From a bacterium (GTDB lineage Bacteria; Krumholzibacteriota; Krumholzibacteriia; G020349025): a stretch of 64,000 nt of DNA. Below the pieces are notes generated by a model. It ran no database searches. It was not told where the DNA came from and saw only the letters and a list, made by a program, of their open reading frames with translations. The stretch is taken from NCBI GenBank assembly GCA_031362565.1, contig JANLSU010000051.1, forward strand, positions 1-64,000, read 5' to 3'. The position numbers were made by a program, and so were the translations under genes. Positions 62,834 through 64,000 of this stretch are shown piece after piece; positions within the stretch are counted from its first letter, which is position 1; every line of letters starts with the position of its first letter.

Positions 62834-64000
62834 ATGATGGCCGCGATTTTCGCGGCCTTGGTTGTGTTTTGTGCCCTGCCGGTGGCAGCCGAGACCCTGC
62901 GGCATCACTATAGGTTCGATGCCGCGCGCCTCGTCGTGCAATCGGGCGTCGCGGGCGCTTCGGTCGCGATCCGGCCCGCCGGCCCGGGCATCGAATCGCT
63001 GCCCGGCACGCTGCCCGCCACCTGGGATGCGGGCGAGCCCGAACTGCCTTACGAAGTCGTCACGTTCGTGGTGCCGCGCGGTTCGCGAGTTCTCGAAGTG
63101 CGCGCCGAAGCCGGCGCCACGATCACTGTCGCCGAAGGGCTCGAATTCGCGGCGGCGGCGGCCGTTCTGAGTGAGACCGGCGTGGCGCTGGCCCCCAAGG
63201 CCGCGGTGACTGCCGCGCCAAGCAGCCTCTATCCTGCCGTCGCGGCGCAGGCGGCCGGCGGCGGTGCGTTGCACGGCTACCAGCTCGCTTCGGTGCGTGT
63301 GTACCCGGTGCGCTGGGACGCGGCGCAAAAACGCCTGCAGGTGACCACCGACCTCGACATCGAAGTGACGATCGCGCCGGGCGGCGCGTTGCCGTTGCAG
63401 CGCGAGCGGTACCGGCCGGAAATCGAAAACCTGGCGCGCCACACGCTCGAGCACCTCGTGGTGAATCCGGCGGCGCTCGACACCTACGACCGGCGGATCG
63501 GCGTCCGCGTCGAAAAACAGTCCGCCGGCTTCCGGCCCACCGACGCGCCGAGCCTCGAGGGCAGCGACGTCGACTACGTCATCATTACGAGCAACGCGCT
63601 GGCGCCGGCCTGGCAGGTCCTCGCCGACTGGAAGACCCACCGTGGCGTGCCGACCGTCATTCGCACCACGGAATGGATTCAGGCCCACTATCGCCACGGC
63701 AGTGATCTCGCGGAGACCGTCCGCAATTTCATCGAAGACGCCTACGCCAAGTGGGGCGTGCGCTATGTCCTGCTGGCCGGCGACTCCGACATTATTCCAG
63801 CCCGCTACGGCTTCTCCGGCTTCGGCGAACCGAGCGAACAAAAAATTCCGACCGACATGTACTTCGCCTGTCTGGATGGCAACTGGAATTTCGACGGGGA
63901 CGCATTGTTCGGCGAAGCCGTGGTCGACTTCGGCGATCCGGGCGACGACACCGACCTCTACGCCGAGGTCTTCGTCGGCCGCGTGCCGCTCAGCCTGACA
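62834..64000 (+). CDS. Peptidase family C25 (gingipain-like) secreted cysteine peptidase, 5' partial (runs off window end)
   Basis: This frame is open with no stop to the window end, so it is not in the ORF track. I translated it by hand. The signal peptide is 'MMAAIFAALVVFCALPVAAE'. 'DYVIITSNALAPAWQVLADWKTHRGVPTVIRTTEWI...IRNFIEDAYAKWGVRYVLLAGDSDIIPARY...DMYFACLDGNWNFDGD...VGRVP' matches the C25 catalytic-domain pattern, also found in T9SS PorU. Confidence 0.55.
   Translation, partial: MMAAIFAALVVFCALPVAAETLRHHYRFDAARLVVQSGVAGASVAIRPAGPGIESLPGTLPATWDAGEPELPYEVVTFVVPRGSRVLEVRAEAGATITVAEGLEFAAAAAVLSETGVALAPKAAVTAAPSSLYPAVAAQAAGGGALHGYQLASVRVYPVRWDAAQKRLQVTTDLDIEVTIAPGGALPLQRERYRPEIENLARHTLEHLVVNPAALDTYDRRIGVRVEKQSAGFRPTDAPSLEGSDVDYVIITSNALAPAWQVLADWKTHRGVPTVIRTTEWIQAHYRHGSDLAETVRNFIEDAYAKWGVRYVLLAGDSDIIPARYGFSGFGEPSEQKIPTDMYFACLDGNWNFDGDALFGEAVVDFGDPGDDTDLYAEVFVGRVPLSLT

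Noticed and set aside
62084-63841. 585-aa minus-strand ORF
   Set aside because: Antisense to the open-ended C25 peptidase frame, which has a signal peptide and catalytic-domain motifs.

Overview
This is a high-GC (roughly 65-70%) bacterial chromosomal segment that is densely coding on both strands (about 47 genes). I could not support any rRNA, tRNA, CRISPR array, integrase or transposase from the sequence. Many of the long ORFs in the six-frame track are Arg-rich antisense or shadow frames typical of high-GC DNA and were discarded. Several listed ORFs also have over-extended N-termini (the track translates GTG and TTG starts as M), so I re-called starts from signal peptides and RBS spacing.

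Housekeeping genes I am confident of are aconitase (acnA), formate-THF ligase (fhs), tRNA-dihydrouridine synthase, the Lhr helicase and a ZnuABC-type metal importer. Repair, motility and regulatory genes include a PilT retraction ATPase, a YhaN/SbcD-like SMC-ATPase plus nuclease pair, an ECF sigma/anti-sigma pair, and a hybrid sensor kinase with a response regulator. A tricorn-type protease is also present.

The window is rich in exported and outer-membrane proteins. These include DUF885, DUF4331 and DUF5916 proteins, a Kelch-like propeller lipoprotein and TPR proteins. Two cargo proteins carry Por/T9SS-type C-terminal domains, and a partial gingipain-like C25 peptidase runs off the right edge. 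Together these suggest an FCB-group or Gemmatimonadota-like organism with a type IX secretion system.

The most striking observation is a 16-residue conserved extreme C-terminal tail ([VI]x[VI]Exx[AN]xWxxxKxLYR-COOH). It is shared by three otherwise unrelated signal-peptide-bearing proteins: a proprotein-convertase P-domain protein, an unknown beta-rich protein and a PLC/AcpA-type phosphoesterase. I interpret it as a candidate undescribed C-terminal sorting or recognition tag.

A second point of interest is an ATGA-coupled operon of pilT with a large protein. That protein carries an MshEN-like (c-di-GMP-binding-type) N-terminus, two degenerate receiver domains and a DUF4388 C-terminus.

Limit: all family assignments below are from recalled motifs and by-eye comparison, not from database searches.
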